Shown here: positions 6,039 to 15,001 of the stretch, one piece after another | Layout of the letters: every line of letters begins with the position of its first letter | Position numbering within the stretch: position 1 is the stretch's first letter | Origin: a virus | Lineage: Duplodnaviria; Caudoviricetes | Strand: one strand, 5' to 3' | DNA: 64,000 bases | Virus record (IMG/VR): IMGVR_UViG_3300017933_000003 | Location: 15,653-79,652 of that record | Made by a program: the position numbers and the translations under genes | Notes under the pieces: generated by a model | The model's input: the letters and a program-made list of their open reading frames with translations, nothing else | Database searches by the model: none | What the model was told of the DNA's origin: nothing

Positions 6039-6260
6039 ATGGCGATCGATATCGGAAGAATAGCATACCAAAAATATTTCCAATCAATGGATGGGATGAC
6101 GGAAGATGTTCGCGGTCTTATAAGTTGGGAAGATTTATCTCGAAGAGAGAAGGATGCTTGGAGACACGCTGCCGTAGCAGTTGCCCAATATTTAGACGAA
6201 GAGAGAAAAAGATACGAATCAGAAAAAGACGAAGATAGCGCAGGTTTTGAAATAGGATAA
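6039..6260 (+). CDS. hypothetical protein
   Basis: ORF between tRNAs with upstream AAGG. Confidence 0.7.
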   Translation: MAIDIGRIAYQKYFQSMDGMTEDVRGLISWEDLSRREKDAWRHAAVAVAQYLDEERKRYESEKDEDSAGFEIG

Positions 6261-6276
6261 TATCGCATAATATAAT

Positions 6277-6352
6277 CGACCATTCGTCCAACGGTCTAAG
6301 ACGCGGCTCTGATAAAGCCGAGACACAAGTTCAACTCTTGTATGGTCGACCA
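6277..6352 (+). tRNA. tRNA-Ile(GAT)
   Basis: CGACCAT/ATGGTCG + ACCA; CGGCT-CTGATAA-AGCCG. Confidence 0.9.
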
Positions 6353-6353
6353 C

Positions 6354-6557
6354 ATGAAATATAGTGTATGGCACAAACAATATCGCTCATACGTAGAGTA
6401 CGATGATGAGACGGGAACGTTCTTCGATCCTTTTTTGAAAAAGAATTTAAAAGTTTCTTTCAAGCCCATCAGTTATCAATTAACAATTGATAAAAGAAAT
6501 TGGATTGTGCAATATAATCCTTTAACAGGTAAAGAGTTCAGAAGAATTGCCCTATGA
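6354..6557 (+). CDS. hypothetical protein
   Basis: ORF; its stop overlaps the next start. Confidence 0.6.
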   Translation: MKYSVWHKQYRSYVEYDDETGTFFDPFLKKNLKVSFKPISYQLTIDKRNWIVQYNPLTGKEFRRIAL

Positions 6558-7117
6558 AATTTTGTTATAAATGCAATTCTGAAAAAGATGAAAGTGCTTT
6601 TAGCAAAGATAAAAATAGTCCAGACGGATTACAATCTCAATGCAAAGAATGTTTCAAGTTATACAAAAAGCAATATCATAAAAGTAATAAAGATAAAGCG
6701 GGTCAATATAAGAAATCATATTACGCTAATAACAAGCGTTCAGTATTAGATTACAATAATCAATATTACAAGGACAAAAGAAAAAATGATCCATCTTTTA
6801 GATTGCGAGATATAATTTCTTCGGCAGTCAATAGGGCTTTACGCGGCAAAAAGGGTGGCAAATCATTTTTACAGCATGTTCCTTATTCTATGGATGAATT
6901 GAAGGCTCATCTCGAAAAGCAATTTGAACCCTGGATGAATTGGAACAATCATGGAAAGTTTTCGCCAATTAAGAGAACTTGGCAGATAGATCATATCATT
7001 CCGCAAAGTAAATTGCCTTATTTTAATATGACTGATGATAATTTTCAAAAGTGCTGGGCTTTGAGTAATTTACGACCTTTAGAATCTTTCATTAATCTTA
7101 AAAAGAGTAATAAATAA
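6554..7117 (+). CDS. HNH homing endonuclease
   Basis: N-terminal CxxC; WQIDHIIP...CWALSNLRPL..NLKKSNK. Confidence 0.85.
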   Translation: MKFCYKCNSEKDESAFSKDKNSPDGLQSQCKECFKLYKKQYHKSNKDKAGQYKKSYYANNKRSVLDYNNQYYKDKRKNDPSFRLRDIISSAVNRALRGKKGGKSFLQHVPYSMDELKAHLEKQFEPWMNWNNHGKFSPIKRTWQIDHIIPQSKLPYFNMTDDNFQKCWALSNLRPLESFINLKKSNK

Positions 7118-7147
7118 AAATTACATTAACTATTTGGATATTAAATT

Positions 7148-7414
7148 ATGAGAAAGTTCAAACCCTATTTAGAAATTATTATCAATTACGAAGGTGGTCA
7201 AGATTCCAATTTAGACTATCGTTTGACAGAATACGCCTGGAAGTTTGATGGAGAACAGGGTGGTTCTGGTTTTTCTTTTGTGAATGGAATGCGCGACATT
7301 AGTTTCGAATTCTCTACTATCAAAAATGCTGTTGCTTTCGTTAAAGCTGCCAAGAGATTCAAGAGGGTCATCTCTGTCACTTCTCGATCGGTGCTGACTC
7401 GAGATGATGGATAA
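7148..7414 (+). CDS. hypothetical protein
   Basis: ORF track. Confidence 0.7.
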   Translation: MRKFKPYLEIIINYEGGQDSNLDYRLTEYAWKFDGEQGGSGFSFVNGMRDISFEFSTIKNAVAFVKAAKRFKRVISVTSRSVLTRDDG

Positions 7415-7437
7415 TTAGAGATTTAGGAGATAAAAAT

Positions 7438-7896
7438 ATGGGTTGGTTTGGGTATAGTCTTTATGATGGTGATGATACACAATCGCTGCATATAGATTTT
7501 ATTAAGTGGGCTATTCCTCAAGTATCCGAAGATACAATTTTTGGGTGGCTACATTACCGAAAAACAAAAATACCAGCAGGATATTTTTTACAATTCAGAA
7601 AAGGCGTTCCTAACCTTTTAAAGAAAATAAAAGCCCCTAAAAACAAACTTAATTGGAATGAAGATAAAGCTATTGAATGGCAGATGTTATTGGCGTTATT
7701 TGTCGATAATAACTTAATAGTTCCTCATAAAGTTCTGGTATATGGTATGTTAGCCTGTTATTATCTATTGGGAGAACATTCTGCTGACTTTCGTGAGCCA
7801 AGTAAACGAAGAGCAGTCATTAGAAGATTTATGAAAAAAGTAGATAGTCTATTTTGTTCTGTTAAGGCTCGTAGAGAAATATCTAAATATATTTGA
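7438..7896 (+). CDS. hypothetical protein
   Basis: ORF with AGGAG SD. Confidence 0.75.
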   Translation: MGWFGYSLYDGDDTQSLHIDFIKWAIPQVSEDTIFGWLHYRKTKIPAGYFLQFRKGVPNLLKKIKAPKNKLNWNEDKAIEWQMLLALFVDNNLIVPHKVLVYGMLACYYLLGEHSADFREPSKRRAVIRRFMKKVDSLFCSVKARREISKYI

Positions 7897-8012
7897 AAAC
7901 GTTGGGGATAAAACCAACCGGCTGCAATCTGGGAAGTTTTGATAAAGATTCTATGCAGAGAATGGCATAAAGTTGAGAGAGATTTGAAACCTCGTTCTCG
8001 TACCCAATATAT

Positions 8013-8086
8013 GGGTTCATAGCTTAATGGTAAAGCAACCGGCTCTTACCCGGTCGATTAGGGTTCGATTCCCTGTGGACCTACCA
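8013..8086 (+). tRNA. tRNA-Lys(CTT)
   Basis: GGGTTCA/TGGACCT + ACCA; ACCGG-CTCTTAC-CCGGT. Confidence 0.95.
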
Positions 8087-8109
8087 AATTATTAAAAGTG
8101 AAAGTCAAT

Positions 8110-8355
8110 ATGAAAAAAGATAAACCCAACAAAAAGCAACAGGCTATGATGGATTTTCTAGCTCTAATTGAGACAGAAGGTCTTCATTATGGTTTGGTTC
8201 ATCATGGATGTAAAGATGAATTAAAGGCTCTTAAGGACGATGATTTGACAGAATTGGTCACTCAACTTAAAACTGTCACGCGTAAGATTGAGGCTAAAAT
8301 TGAAAAATATGAAGAAGAGGTGGCTCCTTTCTTAAATGATGATTCAGATTTTTAA
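8110..8355 (+). CDS. hypothetical protein
   Basis: ORF, coiled-coil-like. Confidence 0.7.
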   Translation: MKKDKPNKKQQAMMDFLALIETEGLHYGLVHHGCKDELKALKDDDLTELVTQLKTVTRKIEAKIEKYEEEVAPFLNDDSDF

Positions 8356-8377
8356 AATCTAATTGTATAGGGAGAGT

Positions 8378-10054
8378 ATGGATACGGTTGCTAAATTCTT
8401 AATCGAATATCTTTATTCTAAAAATATAGATACGTATTTTGGAATACCGGGCGGACCTATTGGTTATTTATTTGATGCTCTATATAGAACTTCCGGCACG
8501 ACTTTAATAGAGTCTAGACACGAAACGGCAGCCTTGTTTGAAGCTATTGGATATTATAAAACTACTGGAAAAATTCCTGTTGTATTAGTGACAGCGGGTC
8601 CAGGCATTACCAATTCATTAACGGGTATGGCTTCCGCTAAAGCTTTGCGTGTCCCAGTGTTACTTCTTTGTGGTGATACGGCTTGGGAAAAACAAAATCA
8701 TATTCTTTTGCAGACGGGCGGTCCCGAAGGGATTGATATTGAAAGAACTTTTGCGCCCCATACCGATCACATTATTAGACATCATAACCCGATCGATGTG
8801 GTGCAAGAGATAGCTAATCTCCTAAATACTAGAAACAATCTATCTCCTTCTATTTGCGTTTTGCCACATAATATTAGTAGTGCAAGAGTAAAGAAACCTA
8901 TTGTGAGTGATGTAATTTGTAAATCAAATTACAAAGGCAGCCACTCCCGAATAGATAAAAAAATTCTGCAACACATCGCTTCTTTTTTGCAAGAAGCTAC
9001 GCATCCGTTAGTGGTGGTGGGATATGGTGCTCGCACCTCCGTAAAAGAAGTTACTCAATTCATTAGTAATGTTGAGGTGCCGTTCGTTACCACACCGCAA
9101 GCTAAAGGATTAATTTCTGAAACTCATAAATTATCTTTGCGCCATGCTGGGATTGGAGCTTCACAGTGGGCACGAAAGTATATTAAAAATACGCCTGATG
9201 TGGTGATAGCTCTGGGCACCGACCTAGATGATTGTGCTGTTGGCACTACAGAGTTTATTGGTAAAAAGACCAAATTAATTCATATTGACATTAATAGCCG
9301 AGTTTTTAATCGTAAATATAAAACCGAAATTGCCATCCAGTCTAGTATTAAAAACTTTTGCCAAGAATGGAAAAAATTAAAGTATAAAAATTCCACTAAT
9401 CAATGTATTGATTTGGAACATTTGAAAAATGGTTCCGCTTTTGATGTTCCCTATTTTAAAAAAGATAATAGTTTACCTATAGCGCCGCATCGTGTTTTAG
9501 GAGATTTAGAAGATTCATGTCCTCCCAATGTTAGATTTGTTACTGATATTGGAGAACATATGTTATTTAGTGTACATTACCTAACTATTAAAGAAGAAAA
9601 TCAATTTTCTATCGATTTAGGATTAGGTTCTATGGGATCGGGCATTTGCCAATCTATTGGTATGTGTTTAGGAGATAGAAGACCTACTATTTGTATTTGT
9701 GGTGACGGTTGTTTCCAAATGCATGGTATGGAAATCTTAACTGCTATTAAGCACAAACTTCCTATTATTTTTGTCATTTTTAATGATGCTCGCTATAATA
9801 TGGTGAGTTATGGTTTTCAGTTTTCCTTTGGATTAAAGCGATCACCGGGGCAAACCGATATTATTGATTTTGTTAAGATAGGCGAAGCTTTAGGAATTAA
9901 AAGTCTTCGTATTGAAGAGGGTGGTAAAATTAATGCACCCATGATCAAATCATTATTTGATAATGCTCCTTGTCTTTTGGATGTTCGCATAAATAAAGAT
10001 ATTCATATTAAAGGTGCCGGTCGTAATGAAGTGTTAAAACAGATGGGGGAATAA
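8378..10054 (+). CDS. thiamine-pyrophosphate-dependent enzyme (acetolactate synthase/ScyA-like)
   Basis: FGIPGG, SRHE, VTAGPGITN, TPP-binding GDG..QM...IFNDARYNMV. Confidence 0.9.
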   Translation: MDTVAKFLIEYLYSKNIDTYFGIPGGPIGYLFDALYRTSGTTLIESRHETAALFEAIGYYKTTGKIPVVLVTAGPGITNSLTGMASAKALRVPVLLLCGDTAWEKQNHILLQTGGPEGIDIERTFAPHTDHIIRHHNPIDVVQEIANLLNTRNNLSPSICVLPHNISSARVKKPIVSDVICKSNYKGSHSRIDKKILQHIASFLQEATHPLVVVGYGARTSVKEVTQFISNVEVPFVTTPQAKGLISETHKLSLRHAGIGASQWARKYIKNTPDVVIALGTDLDDCAVGTTEFIGKKTKLIHIDINSRVFNRKYKTEIAIQSSIKNFCQEWKKLKYKNSTNQCIDLEHLKNGSAFDVPYFKKDNSLPIAPHRVLGDLEDSCPPNVRFVTDIGEHMLFSVHYLTIKEENQFSIDLGLGSMGSGICQSIGMCLGDRRPTICICGDGCFQMHGMEILTAIKHKLPIIFVIFNDARYNMVSYGFQFSFGLKRSPGQTDIIDFVKIGEALGIKSLRIEEGGKINAPMIKSLFDNAPCLLDVRINKDIHIKGAGRNEVLKQMGE

Positions 10055-10056
10055 AG

Positions 10057-11121
10057 ATGGCTAAAATAATAGGATTAGGAAGATTCTTTCCAGAAAAAGT
10101 AAGAAAAAATTCGGATTGGAGTCCTGAATTGATTAAATCGTTTCAAGATCATCTCAAGAGGGATTTATTAGATATTGTTGATCACGGTCTTCACAAAGAT
10201 ATAGATCAATTTTCTCTAGATAATATCCAAAGAGAAAAATCGGATCCGTTTCTTGGAGCTAGTGAAAGAAGAGTAGTTTCAGATCATATGACTTCTTATG
10301 ATTTAGATTTTGAAGTAAGTAAAATTGCTATTCAAGGTTTTGATCCCGAAAATATAGGTGCCGCCTTTTCTTACTCATTTATGCCTGATCGAATTGGTTT
10401 ACCTTCGGCGGGTGTAGTTGCCAACCTCTTAGGAATGAAAAATGCCTTCGGTTGTCATATTGAAACTGCCTGTTCATCGCAAATACTTCAAATTAAATTA
10501 GCTACCGCTTTAGTGGATTCTGGGGTAGTATCCGGAGTGCTCTTAATGGCTTCCAACCTTATGACTCGTGGTTTACTGATGGGACACCCCGCCTCTCCTG
10601 GTATTGGCGATGCCGCCACAGCAATTCTAATTGGACCAGATACTAACGAAGGACATAAAATCATCAACACTTTTAGCCGCACCCATGGGGAATATAAAGA
10701 TGCCGTGGTGTGGAGAAGAAAACATGATGAGAATCAAAATTGGTGGAAATCTGGGGGAGATTTTTATTTAGGAAGCTATGATAGTGACAAGGCTCGTGAG
10801 TTAGTGCAAATCACTGCCAAGTGCGGCGCAGACACTATTTCGTCTGCCTTGCAAGAGGTAGGAATGTCTGTTAAGGATTTGAATTTTGTTGTATCGGTTC
10901 AGCCTCGAAAATGGATCAATACAGCTATCACTCGACTCTTGGGTATGCCGGATGAAAATTCTATCGAAACCTACGAGCAGTATGCTCACATTGGCTGCTG
11001 TGGTCCGGTGGTCAATTTGATTGAAGCCGATCTACAAGGTAAGATTAAAAAGGGTGATGTAGTTGCTTTGTATGCTCAAGGTGCTGGATTTACTAGAAGC
11101 GCTTCGATTATTGAGTGGTAA
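10057..11121 (+). CDS. 3-oxoacyl-ACP synthase III (FabH-like) family protein
   Basis: ETACSS catalytic Cys, GDAATA, C-terminal GAGFT. Confidence 0.85.
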   Translation: MAKIIGLGRFFPEKVRKNSDWSPELIKSFQDHLKRDLLDIVDHGLHKDIDQFSLDNIQREKSDPFLGASERRVVSDHMTSYDLDFEVSKIAIQGFDPENIGAAFSYSFMPDRIGLPSAGVVANLLGMKNAFGCHIETACSSQILQIKLATALVDSGVVSGVLLMASNLMTRGLLMGHPASPGIGDAATAILIGPDTNEGHKIINTFSRTHGEYKDAVVWRRKHDENQNWWKSGGDFYLGSYDSDKARELVQITAKCGADTISSALQEVGMSVKDLNFVVSVQPRKWINTAITRLLGMPDENSIETYEQYAHIGCCGPVVNLIEADLQGKIKKGDVVALYAQGAGFTRSASIIEW

Positions 11122-11123
11122 TT

Positions 11124-11933
11124 ATGTTCACTTTTATGCTATTAATATTAGCACTTCTTACTCCCTCCCCGCAACCTAAGGTAATACTGGTTACTATTGA
11201 TGGAGTAATGTGGCAAGATATTTACAGCAGTAATGCTCGGTTAATTGTTCCTAATTTGTATCTTGATTTTGTGCAGCAGGGAATTGCGGTTGGTAAAATG
11301 TCTCCCATGTTTGCCGCTGGTCCCATGCATATTTCTTTGCCTGGTTATTTAGAGATTACTCGAGGACATCCTTCCAAAGATTGCCAACGTAACGATTGTC
11401 ATCCCACTATCGATAGAAGTATTTTTCAGCTTTTTTCAAGCTCCGCGTTCTTTGCGTCATGGAAAACCATCCAGCGCACCATTCCTGCTAATGTCAACGT
11501 TTATACTGACAATGGTCCTCAATATCGTTGGGATGTAAATACCATCAGTATAGCTGATGAGTATCTTAAGACCAACACCCCAGAGTTTTTGTGGGTGGCT
11601 CTTGGAGACACTGATGAATGGGCGCATGCCAATGATCATACACGCTATTTGGCGGCTCTCACTGCTGCTGATAAATATATTCGTTCCTTGGTAGTCAGAT
11701 ATCCTAATACCACTATTATCGTGACCACCGATCATGGTCGTAGCAGTAATTTTCGAGACCATGGAATAGATTCTGCTTCAGGAAGAGTGTGGTTGATGAT
11801 GCGTGGTCCCAGTGTTCCACATAAAGGTTTGGTTGCTGCTAACTATTTGAGTCTTTCTAATATTTATGATACAATGTCAGAGATACAGTCTGGAAATCAT
11901 TCGAATAATTCTATTCTTACAAGGATTCAATGA
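11124..11933 (+). CDS. alkaline phosphatase/sulfatase superfamily protein
   Basis: hydrophobic N-terminus, LVTIDGV, LGDTDEWAH, TTDHGR metal-binding motifs. Confidence 0.8.
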   Translation: MFTFMLLILALLTPSPQPKVILVTIDGVMWQDIYSSNARLIVPNLYLDFVQQGIAVGKMSPMFAAGPMHISLPGYLEITRGHPSKDCQRNDCHPTIDRSIFQLFSSSAFFASWKTIQRTIPANVNVYTDNGPQYRWDVNTISIADEYLKTNTPEFLWVALGDTDEWAHANDHTRYLAALTAADKYIRSLVVRYPNTTIIVTTDHGRSSNFRDHGIDSASGRVWLMMRGPSVPHKGLVAANYLSLSNIYDTMSEIQSGNHSNNSILTRIQ

Positions 11934-12526
11934 AGACAACAATTATTAATTTATATGGTGGTCCGGGTTGTGGTAAAAGTACCTCAGCAGCCTATCTTTT
12001 TTATCTATTGAAATGCGCAGGAGAAAATGCCGAATTAGTTAGAGAATATGTCAAGGATTGGGCATATGAATCTCGTAAGTTTTCTGCTTATGACGAAATC
12101 TATTTTTTGGGTAAACAAGTGCGCCATGAAAGTATGTTGTTCGGTAAAGTAGATTACATTGTCACCGACGCTCCAGTGTACATGACAGCCTACTATGCTT
12201 CCATCTATTGCAGTCCCACTCTGGCTAAAGGTGTTAAGGCTACTGCCCAAGCTTTCTATCAGCAGGTAGCCGAGGATGGTCATCAGCATCTGCACATCAT
12301 GTTGAATCGTATTCGACCCTATGCTCAAGAGGGTCGATATCAAAACGAAAGCCAAGCTCATGCGGTCGACGATGGTGTAGGAGATATGCTGCGCACCCAA
12401 GGTATTAGTTTTATTCTTGCCGATCCCAGCGAAGAATCTTTACGGAGAGCGCTGGAGCATTGTAAAAAAATGCGCCACAACGCCGGCATGTTAGATTCTG
12501 CCCGAACCCTTGACACGGAATCGTAG
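11930..12526 (+). CDS. P-loop kinase/ATPase (NadR/AAA_28-like)
   Basis: GGPGCGKST Walker A; IVTDAP. Confidence 0.8.
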   Translation: MKTTIINLYGGPGCGKSTSAAYLFYLLKCAGENAELVREYVKDWAYESRKFSAYDEIYFLGKQVRHESMLFGKVDYIVTDAPVYMTAYYASIYCSPTLAKGVKATAQAFYQQVAEDGHQHLHIMLNRIRPYAQEGRYQNESQAHAVDDGVGDMLRTQGISFILADPSEESLRRALEHCKKMRHNAGMLDSARTLDTES

Positions 12527-12543
12527 AAGATTACCTTACTTCC

Positions 12544-12963
12544 ATGATCGACTCTCTAAAAGACCTGGGAATTACCGGGGAAGAAGAAATAGAACAGCTT
12601 AATCTCATCTTCCAAGAGAAGCTAGGAATTAGCTTTAATCAAATGGTAGGGATGTTAGAAACCGTTTTGATCCAGCGAGCCGATGAGGTAGCGTCGGATT
12701 TTCTGGTGATGACTGCTTTTGGAGATTACGGTAAGCTGTTAGAAGACCAACCAAAAATGGCGCAATTTTTGCGTCAAGAAGCTTCTCAAAAAGATAATTG
12801 GAAGCTAACCTATGTTGGTTCCAGTCGCGACCCTCAGTTGCCCAACATGATTGAAGTATTGTTTGGTAACATAGCGGTGGATGAGGGAGAGTCTTTAAAA
12901 GGTTATGTTTTCCTAAATTATGCTGGCAAAATTCTTCATGTCTTTGTGCAAGGTGATCCTTAA
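12544..12963 (+). CDS. hypothetical protein
   Basis: ORF downstream of TTGACA promoter-like site at 12510. Confidence 0.75.
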   Translation: MIDSLKDLGITGEEEIEQLNLIFQEKLGISFNQMVGMLETVLIQRADEVASDFLVMTAFGDYGKLLEDQPKMAQFLRQEASQKDNWKLTYVGSSRDPQLPNMIEVLFGNIAVDEGESLKGYVFLNYAGKILHVFVQGDP

Positions 12964-12998
12964 ACCTGCGCATTTCTTGATGTAATACATACACTAAT

Positions 12999-13081
12999 GG
13001 GTCCGTCGTCTAGTGGCTATGACAGCGGTCTTTTAAACCGTCGCTTCGGCATCGTGGGTTCGAGTCCCACCGGACCTACCA
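12999..13081 (+). tRNA. tRNA-Lys(TTT) with extended variable arm
   Basis: GGGTCCG/CGGACCT + ACCA; GCGGT-CTTTTAA-ACCGT; variable region CGCTTCGGCATC. Confidence 0.9.
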
Positions 13082-13097
13082 TTTAAAGAAAGTAATT

Positions 13098-13307
13098 ATG
13101 AATTGGCTGCAAAAACTATTTCATTTTCATCAATGGGAGAAGACTTATAGTTATACTTCTTTGAGGGATGCGTTTGCTAATCCGCCTGGAGTAATAGATC
13201 GTTCTGGCATCGTGACCATCGGTGAGAAGTGTTTTTGCGGTGAGACTCGTAGTAAAATGACGGTTTACGCTAAAGATGGTCGTGTTGAAAAAGAGTCTAT
13301 TATCTAA
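13098..13307 (+). CDS. hypothetical protein
   Basis: ORF track. Confidence 0.65.
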   Translation: MNWLQKLFHFHQWEKTYSYTSLRDAFANPPGVIDRSGIVTIGEKCFCGETRSKMTVYAKDGRVEKESII

Positions 13308-13375
13308 AAGAAAACTTTGCCAATAAAGCGGTATATTTGTGTAGGGATTTGAAGTCCTTAAAATAGGAGATAATC

Positions 13376-13561
13376 ATGTCTAGTTTTTTGCTCTTTGTAA
13401 TGGTTGCCGCAATCTTTGTGCATACTTTTCTCAATTTCCTTTTGGGAGTATATTCCAAGGTAGTCTCTAAGGCTTCCGGAGTGGGCGCTGCTGTTTATTC
13501 CGTGGAAGAATTCTTCGCCAAGATTTTTGCTGGAGTGTTCAACTGGTTTAAACACCTCTAA
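13376..13561 (+). CDS. small membrane protein
   Basis: AGGAG SD; hydrophobic. Confidence 0.7.
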   Translation: MSSFLLFVMVAAIFVHTFLNFLLGVYSKVVSKASGVGAAVYSVEEFFAKIFAGVFNWFKHL

Positions 13562-13622
13562 AATTCCGATTAGGAATTAATCAATAGAGCATGAACTTGA
13601 ATGGGCAGGCTCTATCTAAGCT

Positions 13623-14060
13623 ATGAAAGTAATTAGCTATTTATTTTTCTATTTATTATTTTTAGTTATCTTTATTGGGTGGTTGCCCCAAGATAATTTT
13701 AATATAATAGCCAATATAATGACCAATTTTATTTCTAGTGGATTTACTTTGATTAGTGTCTTAACCCTCTTATGTGCTTTTATACCAGTGATAATCAACC
13801 TATTTACTTTTCCATCAGCCTGTGATGATGTATTGGATGATCAATTTTTTTATGGATCATCCCCTCAAACAAATTGGAGTTCCCTTTCTGATAAAAGAAT
13901 TGATGGCGGTATTCATGTGATAGCTTTTTGGTGGCTCCGTCATAAAAAGATTATACAGGGTGAGAGGCGCGCTTATTGGGCAGGTCCCAACTATAAAAAA
14001 TATCGAGATAAACAAAATAAAAAATGGGAGAAATTTAATTCTCCGCCCAGTGCTCGATAG
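13623..14060 (+). CDS. hypothetical membrane protein
   Basis: two hydrophobic segments. Confidence 0.6.
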   Translation: MKVISYLFFYLLFLVIFIGWLPQDNFNIIANIMTNFISSGFTLISVLTLLCAFIPVIINLFTFPSACDDVLDDQFFYGSSPQTNWSSLSDKRIDGGIHVIAFWWLRHKKIIQGERRAYWAGPNYKKYRDKQNKKWEKFNSPPSAR

Positions 14061-14535
14061 CATGACAGTTGCAACATAAGACTTCAAGATTATCATCCGC
14101 ATCGTTCATGCGATTACGATCTTTATGATGAACGATGATAGCCGCTTCGTGTTTGTCATAGCCGCAACGTTCACATTTTTTAGGACGCCCATCCGTAAAA
14201 AATACTTTACGACGATATGTATTATCAGCTCGACCTTTGCCATAATGGGGTGGCATAATTTCTTGAATACCGCCGACACGTTGAGCGGTGTCTTTGTGTT
14301 CGCGACAACAAAAGTAAAGTTTTGATTTAGATGCGGCTTGTCTTGATAGATTTAAGTAAAACCCTTTATTACAATAAGCGCACTTGACATTTGGTTCTGG
14401 TGGTATTATATTTTTGCTCTTGTATTCTCCGGAACATTTTCGAGAACAAAATTTTCCAAAACCCCTTTTAATTTCCTTGTTTTCGATATAAGTTTCTTTT
14501 CCGCAGTTCAAGCAGTTAATCTTTGTTGTAGCCAT
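14035..14535 (-). CDS. HNH homing endonuclease
   Basis: FCS/FCC zinc motifs; CERCG...VHHKDRNRMND..DNLEVLCCNCH; start MATTK. Confidence 0.85.
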   Translation of the reverse strand: MATTKINCLNCGKETYIENKEIKRGFGKFCSRKCSGEYKSKNIIPPEPNVKCAYCNKGFYLNLSRQAASKSKLYFCCREHKDTAQRVGGIQEIMPPHYGKGRADNTYRRKVFFTDGRPKKCERCGYDKHEAAIIVHHKDRNRMNDADDNLEVLCCNCHAIEHWAEN

Positions 14536-14616
14536 AGTGGAAATACCTTTCTTTGGGCAAAGTCGCCCTATTCCACTATAACAATATATGCATAGCTTGT
14601 TATAAGTATTAATAAC

Positions 14617-14690
14617 GGGGCGCGAGTAGGATACGAATACGGCACGCTTGCACCGTGCAAGACGGGGAGGGTAACCCCGGCGCTCCACCA
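14617..14690 (+). tRNA. non-canonical tRNA-Ala(TGC)
   Basis: GGGGCGC/GCGCTCC (G3.U70) + ACCA; GCACG-CTTGCAC-CGTGC; T loop AGGGTAA. Confidence 0.8.
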
Positions 14691-14700
14691 ACAAAGTTAT

Positions 14701-14774
14701 GGGGTCGTGATATAACGCGATTATGGATCCTCGGCAGGGATCTCACACGGGTTGGACTCCCGTCGACTCCACCA
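14701..14774 (+). tRNA. non-canonical tRNA-Ala(GGC)
   Basis: GGGGTCG/CGACTCC (G3.U70) + ACCA; GATCC-TCGGCAG-GGATC; ACGGG-TTGGACT-CCCGT. Confidence 0.7.
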
Positions 14775-14846
14775 TAACTCGCAGTAAGCCATTTCAGTGA
14801 TCACATTTTGGCTTACTTGATCGAGTAAAATCTTGAGCTGATATAT

Positions 14847-15000
14847 ACAGCCAGCAAGTCCTAGACATGACTTGAATTCGGAAACTGTCTGGTTATACCC
14901 TGCAATTTCGAAATAATCCTTGCTGGCTGTCTTATCGCAGCGCTGAAACGAAGAGCTGGCATAGACAAGGAACCAAGTGAAAGTCTTGGGCAGGGTACCA
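14847..15000 (+). ncRNA. structured leader RNA with probable pseudoknot upstream of DUF1003 gene
   Basis: 12-bp ACAGCCAGCAAG/CTTGCTGGCTGT; 8-bp TACCCTGC (14896)/GCAGGGTA (14990). Confidence 0.55.
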
Positions 15001-15001
15001 T

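Noticed and set aside
7897-8012. Possible structured RNA upstream of tRNA-Lys(CTT)
   Set aside because: Only one short hairpin (GTTGG/CCAAC) is convincing, and the spacer-motif signature is absent.
14777-14826. Hairpin after tRNA-Ala(GGC) as a sixth spacer-motif copy (contains ATCACAT and CTTG)
   Set aside because: It lacks the invariant AATGC and the ACAT position relative to P2; at best a distant relative, to be tested with a covariance model.
14701-15000. Possible tmRNA (Ala-type acceptor followed by structured RNA)
   Set aside because: The 5' and 3' acceptor strands are only 74 nt apart and enclose an Ala anticodon arm, no tag reading frame was found, and the order does not fit a permuted two-piece tmRNA.
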